Source: Acidobacteriota bacterium
GTDB lineage: Bacteria > Acidobacteriota > Thermoanaerobaculia > UBA5066
Reading direction: 5' to 3'
Assembly (NCBI GenBank): GCA_029781975.1
Contig: JAKOVQ010000003.1
Span: 188,034 to 252,033 of the forward strand
DNA length: 64,000 nt
Both the position numbers and the translations under genes were made by a program. Positions 20,992 to 30,709 of the stretch are shown here, piece by piece; the stretch's first letter is position 1, and every line of letters starts with the position of its first letter. The notes below the pieces were generated by a model, which had not been told where the DNA came from, made no database searches, and worked only from the letters and a program-made list of their open reading frames with translations.

Positions 20992-23900
20992 CTACTGCTT
21001 CCTTTCGCCGCCGAGGGCGGCGAGCCGCCGCCGGGCGAGGGTCGTCACGGAGAGCCGGGAGGGCTCGTCGTTGGCCTCTCCCTCCTTCAGGAGGCGCCCG
21101 TAGGCCTTCCGCGCGTCGTCCAGGAGCCCGTAGTTCTCGCGGATCCTGCCGACGACGAGCCAGTCCGCCTCCTCGGGCTCGTCGAGGCCGTCGACCTCCA
21201 TCGAGCGGAGGACGAGCGAGTGGGCCTCCTCGTTCCGCCCGAGCTCCGCGAAGATCGCCGCGAGCGTGTTGAGGTAGCCGGGGCGGGGCTCGCGCGTCCC
21301 GCCCGCCGCGAGCCGGCCGTACTCCAGCGCCTTCTCGTCCGTCCGGCCGAGGGCGTACCTCAGCCAGGCGGCCTCGTTGGCGTCCCCGGGCGACGGCGAG
21401 GGCCGGGCCATCAGCCTCTCCGACAGGTCGAGGGCCCCCGCCTCGTCCCCGGCGTCGAGCCGGAGCGAGACGAGGAGCGACCCGACGACCCGGCACCCCC
21501 CGTGGCTCGTCGCGTGCTCCTCGGCCCTCTCGAGCGCCTCCTTTCGCCGGCCGAGGCGCTGGAGGAGGGAGATCGAGGTGAGCCGCGCGGCCTCGCTGCT
21601 CGGCTTGTCGGCCGCGACGACCTCGAGGAGCGGGACCGCCTCCTGCCGCAGCGCCTCGGCACGCGCCGCCGAGGGGGGCGGGACGGCGGCCGCCCGCGCG
21701 GAGAGGGCGCGGAAGAGGAGGGCGGCGCGGACCGGGTCGTCCGGCTTCTCCTTCCGGAACGCGCGGAGCTCGTCGACGCGGGAGTCGGCGAGCGGCGTGC
21801 CGGCGAGGCCCGCGAGCGCCTCGATCCGCAGGTCGCGCGCCGGCGAGCCCTCCCCTGCGCGGAGAGCCGGCAGGAGCGGGTCGAGGAGGAGGTCGCGCTC
21901 TTCGTCGCCCCGTTCGAGCTCGCGCGCGGCGCGGTCCAGCCAGCGCCTCGCGCCGGCGACGTCGCCACGGTCGAGGAGGTCGAGCGCGTAGAGGGAGAGG
22001 TCCCGTACGACGGGGCCGTCCGAGACGATCCTCACGTGCCCCCCCTCGCGCGCCAGCCAGACGCGGAGGCGGACGGGGCCGGAGCCGGCGCCGAGGAACG
22101 TCCCGCTGGCGAGCCAGCCGTCCTCCGGGCTCCCCTCGGCCGTGAGCTTTCCCGAGCTGAACCCTCCGTCGCGGACGACGGCGATGGGGAGGGTCGTCAG
22201 GCGCGCGGTGGTCGAGATCGTCCGCCGCGTCTCGCGGATCGCCTCGACGACGGGTCGGCGGCCCGCGGCGTCGCGGGCCTCGCCGACGGCCCGGACGAAC
22301 AGGGCCGCCACCGACTCCGGAGGGACCGTCGGGTCGAACGTCGTCGCGAGGTAGGCCCGAACCACCGCGACCGGGTCGTCCGCGGGGGGCGGGACCGGGC
22401 CGTCGAGACGCCGGAAGCCCGCGACGTAGTCCGCCTGGGCGGCCGTCGCGGCCGCGGCGTCCCCGCCTCGGGAGGCCTCCCGGATGAAGGCCGCCGCCTC
22501 CCCGTAGCGCCGACCCGAGAGGAGGAGGCTGCCGATCTCCGCCGCGCGGGAGCGGCGCGTGGCGTCGTCGGGGACCTCCCGCCGCAGCTGCTCGAGCGCC
22601 CGTTCCGCGCCCCGGAGGCACGCGAGGGCCCAGACCTTCAGGCCGGGGAGCTGGGCGACGTCGCTCCTCTTCTCGAGGACCGCCAGGGCCTCGGTCGCGT
22701 GTCCCGCCCGGAGGAGCGCCACGACCTCGTTCCGGGCCAGCGTCGTGTTCTCCGGCTCCTTCTCGACGAGCTTCCGGTACTCGGCCAGGGCCCGCTCGAG
22801 CCGGGCGGCATCGGCGTAGCGATACCCCTCGGCGTCGAATTCCAGGAGGATCGCCGTCTCGAACCGCGACTCCAGGTCGTCGGGATCGAGCTCGGCGGCC
22901 TTCCGGAGCGCCTTCTCCGCCTCGGCCGGCTCCCACCCCTTCCGGCGCAGCCGTCCCGCCAGGTCGTGCTCGAGGACGAAGCCGAGCTGGAACCAGGCCC
23001 GCCCCGAGCCGGGCTCGACCCGGACCGCCTCGCGGGCCTCGCGACGCGCCGCCTCCCCGAGGCCCACCGCGAGGTAGAGCCGCGACAGCCGGCGGTGCGG
23101 CGCCGCCCGCGACGGGTCGCGGGCGATCTCGGCGCGGAGGAGGGCGAGGCCCTCGGCCACCTTCCCGTGCGTCACGGCGACCTCGGCCTCGTGGGCGAAC
23201 GAGATCGCCACCGGCTCGAGGCCGCGCAGCTCCTCGAGCCCGGCCCGGAGCGCCTCGGCGTCGGCGGGGTTGAGGCGCGCCGAGTCGAGACGGACGGAGA
23301 GCGTCACCCGGACGCTCCCGTCCGGGTCGCGGGCGGCCTCCGACTCGAACCGGGCGGGGCCCATCTCGCGGACGCGCCCCTTCGGGAGCTCGAGGGGGAC
23401 GAACCCCGGGGGCGGGACCAGCCGGTAGGTCTGGACCTGGAGGAACGCCGTGGCCTCGAGGTCGAGACGCCTCTTCTTCTCCCCCGGGTCGGGGAGGTTC
23501 CCGAGGACGACGGACGGCTCGACGAGGAAGGTGGCGCCCTGGTCGGTCGCCTCCGCGAGCCGGGAGCGCTCCATCTCCAGCTCGACCCGGAACGGCTTCG
23601 AGAGGTCCCTCGCGTCGGTGACGGTCCCCCGGACGAGCGTCGCGCCGAGGTAGCGGACGTCCGCCTGGCGCTCGAAGTACTTCTTCCGGTCGGCCTCGGA
23701 GACGCCGTCGTAGAACGAGCGGCGGTTCGTCTCGAACGCGCCGGTGTAGGCGACCTCCTCCCGGCAGCGCGTGCGGCCGAACTCGGGGATGGTCACCGTG
23801 ACGGTGGTCCGGCTGGTGTTCGCGGCCGCGGGGGAGGCGGGGATCCGGACGAGGCCGGTCGTGCCCGGCCGGCAGATCAGGGCGAGGCGCCCTTCGAGCG

Positions 23901-25140
23901 GGGCCGGCACCTCGCCGACGCGCTCGAATCGGGACGTCGTGTCGATGAAGACCCCGGACGCCCCGAACCCGGCGACGTGGACGATCGCGTGGTCGAACCC
24001 CTCGAGCGAGGGGAGGGCGGGCTCGACGTCGGGATAGCCGTCGGCGTTCACCAGGGCCACGGCCGCGTCGAAGCCGCGCGCGCGCAGCAGCGCCGTCAGG
24101 AGGGTCGCCTGGTCCTTGCAGTCGCCGAAGCGGCGGCGGACCACCTCGTCGGGCGCGGTCGGCACGAGCGCCGCCTCTCCGAAGTGGACGCCCGTGTAGC
24201 GGACGTCCCGCCTCACCACCTCCGCGAGGGAGGCCATCTCGTGCAGCCGGCTCTCGAACGGCCCGCGGGGCAGGAAGCCGGCCGGCGGCGCGCCCGCGGC
24301 GATCCTCTCGTCGACCCGGGCCCGGTAGAAGTCGGCGGCCTTCTGCCACGACGTCCCCGTCGAGAACTCGACCTGCGGCTGCTGGGCGACGTCCGGGGGG
24401 GTCCCGTCCTCGATGTCGTCGAGGGGGGGGACGGCCGTCCGTTCCCAGGTGCGGACGATCCGGCCGGACGCCAGCGCCGTCCTCGGCTGAAGGTCGAGGC
24501 CCAGGCTCTTCCACGCGAACGGGAGCGAGGCGGACGCCTCGACGCGGCACCGGATCCGTCCCACGGGGTAGAGGTAAGCCAGGGGCTGGCCCCCGAGCGT
24601 CCCGGCGAACGGGGGAGTCGTCCGGGTCTTCGTCGTCTCCCACTCGACGATCGCCCCGGCCTCCACGCCCGGGATCGGCGCGCGGAGCAGCTTGCGGTCG
24701 TCGAAGAGGCCCGGATCGGGGGAGGCGGGGGACTCGTCGATCGTCTTCGGGTCCAGGACGAGGACGGCGCCGTTCGGCCGGATGACGCGGGCCCGGAGGA
24801 GCGGAGCGGCCTCGAGCCACGGCTTCCAGGTCGCCTGCACCGTGTCGGCCCCCTCGACCGCGTCGGCCGTCAGGACCTTGACGACGCGCCTGCGGCTGAC
24901 GGTGGCCCGACCCTCGGCATCGAGGCTGTAGCGCGCCTCGTCGAGGAGGACCCGGATCCCTTCGGTGTTCTCCTCGGTCTCTCCCGGAAGGGGCTTCTCG
25001 GCAGCCTTCAGCGCCGCGGAGGGATCGGCCGAGAAGGGCTTCTCGAGCCAAGGCTCGTCGGCTCCCCGGAGGGATGCCGGGAGGAGGCCGAGGAGGAGGG
25101 CTGCGATCGGGGCGAGGAGGCGCGGGCGCATTCCGGGCAT
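20992..25140 (-). CDS. Large exported DUF3857 + transglutaminase-like + TPR protein
   Basis: Signal peptide (MPGMRPRLLAPIAALLLGLLPASLRG) with GGAG RBS; DUF3857-like N-terminus; triad FGDCKD / FDHAI / FIDTT; long TPR-like helical region. Confidence 0.8.
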   Translation of the reverse strand: MPGMRPRLLAPIAALLLGLLPASLRGADEPWLEKPFSADPSAALKAAEKPLPGETEENTEGIRVLLDEARYSLDAEGRATVSRRRVVKVLTADAVEGADTVQATWKPWLEAAPLLRARVIRPNGAVLVLDPKTIDESPASPDPGLFDDRKLLRAPIPGVEAGAIVEWETTKTRTTPPFAGTLGGQPLAYLYPVGRIRCRVEASASLPFAWKSLGLDLQPRTALASGRIVRTWERTAVPPLDDIEDGTPPDVAQQPQVEFSTGTSWQKAADFYRARVDERIAAGAPPAGFLPRGPFESRLHEMASLAEVVRRDVRYTGVHFGEAALVPTAPDEVVRRRFGDCKDQATLLTALLRARGFDAAVALVNADGYPDVEPALPSLEGFDHAIVHVAGFGASGVFIDTTSRFERVGEVPAPLEGRLALICRPGTTGLVRIPASPAAANTSRTTVTVTIPEFGRTRCREEVAYTGAFETNRRSFYDGVSEADRKKYFERQADVRYLGATLVRGTVTDARDLSKPFRVELEMERSRLAEATDQGATFLVEPSVVLGNLPDPGEKKRRLDLEATAFLQVQTYRLVPPPGFVPLELPKGRVREMGPARFESEAARDPDGSVRVTLSVRLDSARLNPADAEALRAGLEELRGLEPVAISFAHEAEVAVTHGKVAEGLALLRAEIARDPSRAAPHRRLSRLYLAVGLGEAARREAREAVRVEPGSGRAWFQLGFVLEHDLAGRLRRKGWEPAEAEKALRKAAELDPDDLESRFETAILLEFDAEGYRYADAARLERALAEYRKLVEKEPENTTLARNEVVALLRAGHATEALAVLEKRSDVAQLPGLKVWALACLRGAERALEQLRREVPDDATRRSRAAEIGSLLLSGRRYGEAAAFIREASRGGDAAAATAAQADYVAGFRRLDGPVPPPADDPVAVVRAYLATTFDPTVPPESVAALFVRAVGEARDAAGRRPVVEAIRETRRTISTTARLTTLPIAVVRDGGFSSGKLTAEGSPEDGWLASGTFLGAGSGPVRLRVWLAREGGHVRIVSDGPVVRDLSLYALDLLDRGDVAGARRWLDRAARELERGDEERDLLLDPLLPALRAGEGSPARDLRIEALAGLAGTPLADSRVDELRAFRKEKPDDPVRAALLFRALSARAAAVPPPSAARAEALRQEAVPLLEVVAADKPSSEAARLTSISLLQRLGRRKEALERAEEHATSHGGCRVVGSLLVSLRLDAGDEAGALDLSERLMARPSPSPGDANEAAWLRYALGRTDEKALEYGRLAAGGTREPRPGYLNTLAAIFAELGRNEEAHSLVLRSMEVDGLDEPEEADWLVVGRIRENYGLLDDARKAYGRLLKEGEANDEPSRLSVTTLARRRLAALGGERKQ

Positions 25141-25426
25141 GACGGCTTCTCCATCGAGCACGCCCAGGGAACGGCAGCGGCCCCCGGACGGGAAATCGAG
25201 CGATTATGCGCCGACGCGAGGCTGATCGCTCGCCTGCAGCCGGGCGCGGGAGCCGGCATCCGGACGGAGCCGCCGAGCCGTGTCCGTCAGCGGCGGGGAC
25301 CCGTCGGCCTCTGCCTCGACCCGTCGGGAGTGCCGCAGGGGCCGGTCCTGATGGCGCGGGTCTGACGTGAGCCCGGCTCGCGCTGCGCGAGCGGGATCCG
25401 GCGGCGCAGGCGGCGCGCGAAGCCGG

Positions 25427-26086
25427 TCACTTCAGCGTCAGGGCCACCTCCGGGAAGTCGGCCGTCGCGTCGAACGGGCCGTCGCTCTCCCGCGCGACGA
25501 TCCGGACCGTCTGGCCGGGCTTCACGCCGAGGTCCGCGTACGAGAGGCTCGCCGAGACGAGGGCTCCCTGGATCGGCACGGCGGGCGCGTCCATGGCGCT
25601 GATCACCTGCTCGGGGTTGATCGGGTCGCTCTTGAACCGGCCGAGGTCCGCGACCGCGTAGTAGCCCTTGACCTTCGATCCCGTCAGCCCCCCCGAGCAC
25701 GCGCTCCCGCCCTCGTAGCGGACGCAGCCGTAGAGCTTCGCCAGGAGCTCGAAGCCGGGCTTCCTGCTCCAGAAGGTCGCGGCGCCCGTCTGCGGGTCGT
25801 CGTCGGTGTCGATGTAGACCCGGACGACGTCCGACGCGAAGTCGCCGGTCGGCGGGGCGTTCAACGTGGCGGCGATGGTGAGCTTCGTCCCGTCGCTCCT
25901 CAGGGCGAGCTTGACGACGTCGCGGCCCGGACGCTCCCCGCCGCTCGTGCTCCCGGGATGGACGTCGCCTGCGGGGTCCGTCCACTCGACGGCGTGAGTC
26001 GCCTCCTGGGGCGCGGTGTTCTTCGGAGGCGAGGCGAGCGCGAGGACGACGGGAACGAGACAGGGGAGAAGGAGGCGAACGTCCAT
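25427..26086 (-). CDS. Secreted hypothetical protein, DOMON/glucodextranase-C-like beta-sandwich
   Basis: Signal peptide; WTDPAGDV, DVVKL, VYIDTDDD...TG motifs resembling DOMON/CBM9-like domains; one Cys pair. Confidence 0.6.
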   Translation of the reverse strand: MDVRLLLPCLVPVVLALASPPKNTAPQEATHAVEWTDPAGDVHPGSTSGGERPGRDVVKLALRSDGTKLTIAATLNAPPTGDFASDVVRVYIDTDDDPQTGAATFWSRKPGFELLAKLYGCVRYEGGSACSGGLTGSKVKGYYAVADLGRFKSDPINPEQVISAMDAPAVPIQGALVSASLSYADLGVKPGQTVRIVARESDGPFDATADFPEVALTLK

Positions 26087-26117
26087 CGGGACCTCCTTTC
26101 GCGAGGGGCCGCGGCCC

Positions 26118-26909
26118 CTACCTCGCGAACTCGATCGTGATCTCGGGCTCGGGGTTGAACTTGACCCCCTTGATCCCCTTCAGGGCCACGGGGTCCATGC
26201 TCTTCGGGTCGTCCCCGGCGGCGGCGAACCGCTTGAAGTTCTCCTCGTCGGCCGCGACCTTGTCGAAGTCGATCTGGAGAAGGGTCACGCGCGACCCCTC
26301 GACCCAGGGGCTGCTCGTCTTCAGGAGGCGGCCGGAGACCTCGACCGTCGAGGTCATCTTCAGCCCCTTCATCATCGCCTTCATCATCGCCATCGCCTGG
26401 GCCTTCATCTGGGCGGCGGCCTGGGCCTCCTTCGGCGTCTGCTCCTTCTTCTCTCCCGGCTTGGGCGCGGCGCCGATGACGGTCAGGACGGAACGGTCTC
26501 CCTTTCGGGCGAGACGGAACTCGACGAGGTCCTTTTTCTCGGACTTCGACTCGCTGCTGGACGGCTCCGGCATCGGGTCGATCTTCAGCTTCGAGATGTC
26601 CTTGAACGCGTAGGTCACTATCTCGGGGCCGTCGTTCACCGACGGCACGTACGACACGAACGCGACGCCGTCTCCCATCCCGGTCGCCCGCTCGCGGAGC
26701 GCCGCCTCCTTCTTGGCCCGCTTCTCCGCGGGGGTCGACTTGTCCTCGGCCTCCATGCCCGCGACCATCGCGCGGGCCTGGTCACCGAGGCGGATCGTGT
26801 CGACGATCGTTCCGCTCCCGTCCGGGTTGACGGTGATGACGCGCTCCCCTTCCATGCACGCCCCCATCGCCAGAAGGACGGGGAGCACGACGACCAGGCG
26901 CTTCCTCAT
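26118..26909 (-). CDS. Putative lipoprotein (LppM/DUF3153-like)
   Basis: Lipobox-like LLAMGAC; 'ERVITVNPDGSG' start typical of this class; GGAGG RBS. Confidence 0.65.
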   Translation of the reverse strand: MRKRLVVVLPVLLAMGACMEGERVITVNPDGSGTIVDTIRLGDQARAMVAGMEAEDKSTPAEKRAKKEAALRERATGMGDGVAFVSYVPSVNDGPEIVTYAFKDISKLKIDPMPEPSSSESKSEKKDLVEFRLARKGDRSVLTVIGAAPKPGEKKEQTPKEAQAAAQMKAQAMAMMKAMMKGLKMTSTVEVSGRLLKTSSPWVEGSRVTLLQIDFDKVAADEENFKRFAAAGDDPKSMDPVALKGIKGVKFNPEPEITIEFAR

Positions 26910-27021
26910 GGCTCCTCCCTCTCCCGCCGTCCGCCGGACGGCTTCGGTTGCTTTGCTCCAGTTTAGGCCCGAGCCGGTTCACGATCCATGCCCCCTGCCG
27001 CCGGCTTCCCTCGCGGGGACT

Positions 27022-30000
27022 TCAGCGGAAGTCGTGGCTCCTCATCTCGGGGAGGTCGGGGAGGCGCCAGAAGCGCTCGGCCTTGACGGAGACGGTCCCG
27101 TCGCGCGTCTGGAGGCGCCCCTCGACGACGAGGCCGGGGGAGCCGACGACGAGGGCGCGGTTCTCGCGGAAGAGGTCGGGGCGGACGATCGCCTGGCAGG
27201 TGCCGGTCTCGTCCTCGAGCGAGAGGAAGACGAACCCCTTCGCGGTGCCGGGGCGCTGCCGCACGATGACGGCGCCGGCCGTCTTCACCGTGGCGCCGTC
27301 GGCGTGGCGTGAGAGGTCGCCCGCGGGGAGGACGCCGCAGCGGTCGAGCTCGGCGCGGTAGTGCGCGAGGAGGTGCGGCCCGGCGGTCATCTCGGTGGTG
27401 ACGTAGTCGGCGACGGTCTCCTCCAGCGCCGACATCTCGGCCAGGGGCGAGGCGCCGGGGGGCTCGAGCCTCTCGTAGAGCGGCCCGGGGTCCTTCGCCG
27501 CGGCGGCGGCCTGCCAGAGGGCGGCGCGGCGCGTCAGGCCGGCGGGACCGAGCGAGGCGCGCGCGCGGTCGGGGAAGGAAGACAGGGCGCCGGCATGCGC
27601 CAGCGCCGTCAGCTCGTCCTCGCGCAGGCCGGCCCGCCGCGCCAGGTCGCGCGGCCCGGCGAACGGCTCGAGCGCCGCCTCGCGGGCGATCGCCTCGCCC
27701 GCCGACTTGCGCAGGCCCCGGACGAAGCGGAGGCCGAGCCGGACGGCGAGGTGCGGCGTGGGGGAGAGGCCTCGGCGCGGGCTCGCCGCGGGCGGCGGCA
27801 CCGCCTCGTCCGGCAGCCGCTCGACGCGGCTTCCCCACTGCGAGCGGGTCACGTCGATCGGGAGGACCTCGGTGCCGTGCCGCTGGGCGTCCTTCACGAG
27901 CGTGGCGGGGTGGTAGAAGCCCATCGGCCAGGCGTTGAGGAGGCCGGCGAGGAACGCGGCGGGGTGGTGGACCTTGAGGTAGGCGCTCGCGTAGGCGATG
28001 AGGGCGAAGCTCGCCGCGTGCGACTCGGGGAAGCCGTAGAGCGCGAACGACGTGATCGACCTCACCACCTGCTCCTGGGCCTCGCCGGTGATGCCACGCG
28101 CCGTCATCCCGTCGCGGAGCCGCTGCTCGATCGTCGCCATCCGCTCGACCGACCGCTTGAACCCCATCGCGCGGCGGAGCTCCTCGGCCTCGCCCCCCGT
28201 GAAGCCGGCCGCGACCATGGCGATCCTGAGGAGCTGCTCCTGGAAGAGCGGGACGCCGAGCGTCCGCGCGAGGATCGGCTCGAGCGAGGGGTGCGGGTAG
28301 ACGACCGGCGCGCGTCCCTGCCGGCGGTCGAAGAAGGGGTGGACCATCCCGCCGACGATCGGCCCGGGGCGGATGATCGCCACCTGGATGACGAGGTCGT
28401 AGAAGCAGCGCGGGGCGTTGCGGGGGAGCGAGGCCATCTGCGCGCGGCTCTCCACCTGGAAGAGCCCCACGGTGTCGGCCTCGTTGAGGATCCGGTAGAC
28501 GCCGGGGTCGTCGGCCGGGAGGTGGGCGAGGTCGACCCCGACCCCCTCGGTCGCCTGGATCGTCGGGATCATCTCGGCGATGGCGCCGAGCATCCCGAGG
28601 CCGAGGAGGTCGACCTTGACGATGCCGAGGTCGGCGCAGTCGTCCTTGTCCCACTGGATGACGACGCGCCCCTCCATCGCCGCCGGCTCGAGCGGCACCA
28701 CCTCGTCGAGCCGCCCCTTCGCCACCACCATTCCGCCCGAGTGCTGGCCGAGGTGGCGGGGGAGGTTCTGGATCCGCCGGAAGAGGCTCCCGAAGTGGCG
28801 GAGGCGGACGTCGTCGGGGTCGAAGCCCGCCGCGCGCATCTCCCCGGCCATCGCCTCCCCGAGAGGGGGCGGGCCGGCGGGGACGCCTTCCGCCCTTCCC
28901 GACGCCTCGCTCCCGCCGGCTCCTTCCCCCTCCGTCCCGTTGGTCCTCTCGCGGTACTCGCCGAAGCTCCACGAACCGAGCCGCCTGGCCAGCGCGTCGA
29001 CCTGCGCCGCCGAGAAGCCGAGCGCCTTGGCCGTCTCGCGCGCGGCGGAGCGGTCGCGGTAGGTGATGACGTTGGCCGTCATCGCCGCGCCGTGCGGGCC
29101 GTACGTCCGGTAGACGTGCTGGATCACCTTCTCGCGGTCGTCGCCGGAGGGGAGGTCGAGGTCGATGTCGGGCCACTCCCCCCGCTCCTCCGAGAGGAAC
29201 CGCTCGAAGAGGAGGTCCATCTTCACCGGGTCGACGGCCGTGATGGAGAGCGCGTAGCAGACGGCGCTGTTGGCGGCCGAGCCGCGCCCCTGGACGAGGA
29301 TGTTCTCCCGCCGGCAGAACTCCACGAGGTCCCAGACGATGAGGAAGTAGCCGGCGAGGTCGAGCTTCTCGACGAGGGCGAGCTCCCTGGCGATCTGGGC
29401 CTGCGCCCGGGCCGTCAGCGGCCGGAACCGGGTCCGCGCCCCTTCCCACGCGATCCGCCTCAGGAACGAGGCAGGGGTCTCGCCGGGAGGGAGCGGGTAG
29501 TCGGGGAAGCGGTAGCCGAGGTCCTTCAGGGTGAAGTCGAGGCGGTCGGCGAGGTCGGCGGCCCCCTCCACGGCGCCGGGGACGTCCGCGAAGAGGGCGG
29601 CCATCTCGGCCGGTCCCTTCAGGTGCCGCTCGCTCCCCGCCTCGAGGAGCCGCCCCGCCCCGTCGACCGTGGTGTGGCTCCGGATGCAGGTGAGGACGTC
29701 CCAGAGGTCCTTGTCGCGCTCGCGGGCGTAGCGGACGCCGTTGGTGGCGACGACGGGGAGCCGGAGCGAGCGGGCGAGGTCGAGGAGGGCGGCGTTCCGC
29801 GCCTCCTCCTCGCGGAAGCGGTGGCGCTGCAGCTCGACGTGGGTCCGGCCGGGGAAGTGCGCCGCGAGGCGGTCGAGGAGCTTGCGCGCGGCGCCTTCCC
29901 CCTCCGTCTCGAGCGTCCGGGCCAGCGGCCCCTCGGCCCCTCCCGTCAGGAGGTGGAGCCCCTCGGCGTGCTCGGCCACCTGCGTCCAGGTGACCGACGC

Positions 30001-30504
30001 GTCCCCCTTCGGCTTGCCGAGCGCCCCGGCGGTCAGGAGCCGGCAGAGGTTCCGGTAGCCCTGCCGGCTCCCGACGAGGAGCGTCACCCGCGCGGGGGGG
30101 AGACCCGGCGGCGGAGGCGGCGGCACCAGCCCCAGCGGGCCGCGGCCGATTTCCGGCAAACCCGAGGCCAGGACCGCCTCCACGCCCACCAGCGCCTTCA
30201 GCCCCGCCGCCCGCGCCGCCTTGTAGAAGCGGGGCGCGCCCGAGACGCCGTTCCGGTCGACGAGGGCGACGGCGGGGAGCCCCAGCTCCACGGCCCGCTC
30301 CACGAGCGTCTCCGGCTCCGAGGCGCCGTCGAGGAACGAGAAGGCCGAGGCGGCCCTCAGCTCGGCATACCGGGCCGGGGGGCCGCCGCCGGCATGGCGG
30401 TAGCTCCGCTGCCGGAGCCGCTCCTTCCGCGCGCCGGGGGAGACGATCCTCCCCGCGTCGCCCGGCATGAAGAGGTCGCGGGTGGGGGGGTGGGGGTCGG
30501 CCAT
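27022..30504 (-). CDS. dnaE2: Error-prone DNA polymerase III alpha subunit DnaE2
   Basis: YAELRAASAFSFLDGASEPE, GRGSAANSAVCYAL, ERFLSEERGEWPDIDLD, PRHLGQHSGG, VIQWDKDD, YGFPESHA, NAWPMGFY, OB-fold RQRPGTAKGFVFLSLEDETG, C-terminal SHDFR. Confidence 0.93.
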   Translation of the reverse strand: MADPHPPTRDLFMPGDAGRIVSPGARKERLRQRSYRHAGGGPPARYAELRAASAFSFLDGASEPETLVERAVELGLPAVALVDRNGVSGAPRFYKAARAAGLKALVGVEAVLASGLPEIGRGPLGLVPPPPPPGLPPARVTLLVGSRQGYRNLCRLLTAGALGKPKGDASVTWTQVAEHAEGLHLLTGGAEGPLARTLETEGEGAARKLLDRLAAHFPGRTHVELQRHRFREEEARNAALLDLARSLRLPVVATNGVRYARERDKDLWDVLTCIRSHTTVDGAGRLLEAGSERHLKGPAEMAALFADVPGAVEGAADLADRLDFTLKDLGYRFPDYPLPPGETPASFLRRIAWEGARTRFRPLTARAQAQIARELALVEKLDLAGYFLIVWDLVEFCRRENILVQGRGSAANSAVCYALSITAVDPVKMDLLFERFLSEERGEWPDIDLDLPSGDDREKVIQHVYRTYGPHGAAMTANVITYRDRSAARETAKALGFSAAQVDALARRLGSWSFGEYRERTNGTEGEGAGGSEASGRAEGVPAGPPPLGEAMAGEMRAAGFDPDDVRLRHFGSLFRRIQNLPRHLGQHSGGMVVAKGRLDEVVPLEPAAMEGRVVIQWDKDDCADLGIVKVDLLGLGMLGAIAEMIPTIQATEGVGVDLAHLPADDPGVYRILNEADTVGLFQVESRAQMASLPRNAPRCFYDLVIQVAIIRPGPIVGGMVHPFFDRRQGRAPVVYPHPSLEPILARTLGVPLFQEQLLRIAMVAAGFTGGEAEELRRAMGFKRSVERMATIEQRLRDGMTARGITGEAQEQVVRSITSFALYGFPESHAASFALIAYASAYLKVHHPAAFLAGLLNAWPMGFYHPATLVKDAQRHGTEVLPIDVTRSQWGSRVERLPDEAVPPPAASPRRGLSPTPHLAVRLGLRFVRGLRKSAGEAIAREAALEPFAGPRDLARRAGLREDELTALAHAGALSSFPDRARASLGPAGLTRRAALWQAAAAAKDPGPLYERLEPPGASPLAEMSALEETVADYVTTEMTAGPHLLAHYRAELDRCGVLPAGDLSRHADGATVKTAGAVIVRQRPGTAKGFVFLSLEDETGTCQAIVRPDLFRENRALVVGSPGLVVEGRLQTRDGTVSVKAERFWRLPDLPEMRSHDFR

Positions 30505-30511
30505 CGTGGAA

Positions 30512-30540
30512 ACGATGAGCGTAACAAAGACGCAAGTCAA
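30512..30540 (-). promoter_or_regulatory. Sigma-70 promoter TTGACT-N17-CATCGT of dnaE2 (leaderless), with inverted repeat GCGT-N7-ACGC in the spacer
   Basis: -35 at 30540-30535, -10 at 30517-30512, 7 nt to ATG 30504, no SD sequence; inverted repeat at 30519-30533. Confidence 0.55.
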
Positions 30541-30709
30541 GGCTGAGACCGGCGTCGGTCCCCCGTTCCGGCGGATTCGTCCCGGCCCGGAAACACCGGC
30601 TCCGGGCCGTCGTAGCAGGAAACGGGGCGGGAAGCCCCGTCGGCAGGGGTCCGGACGACCGGACGACATCCGGCCCCCTCCCGCACCCCGCAGGAAAAGG
30701 AGGACACCG

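Noticed and set aside
20987-25051. Upstream extension of the sirtuin ORF (1614 aa in the track)
   Set aside because: Off-frame reading of the DUF3857 gene. The sirtuin starts at GTG 20986.
25141-25426. ~285-bp intergenic region with GC hairpins as a possible ncRNA
   Set aside because: Hairpins are expected at this GC content and I recognised no RNA-family signature. It is explicable as terminator plus promoter (CATAAT on the minus strand).
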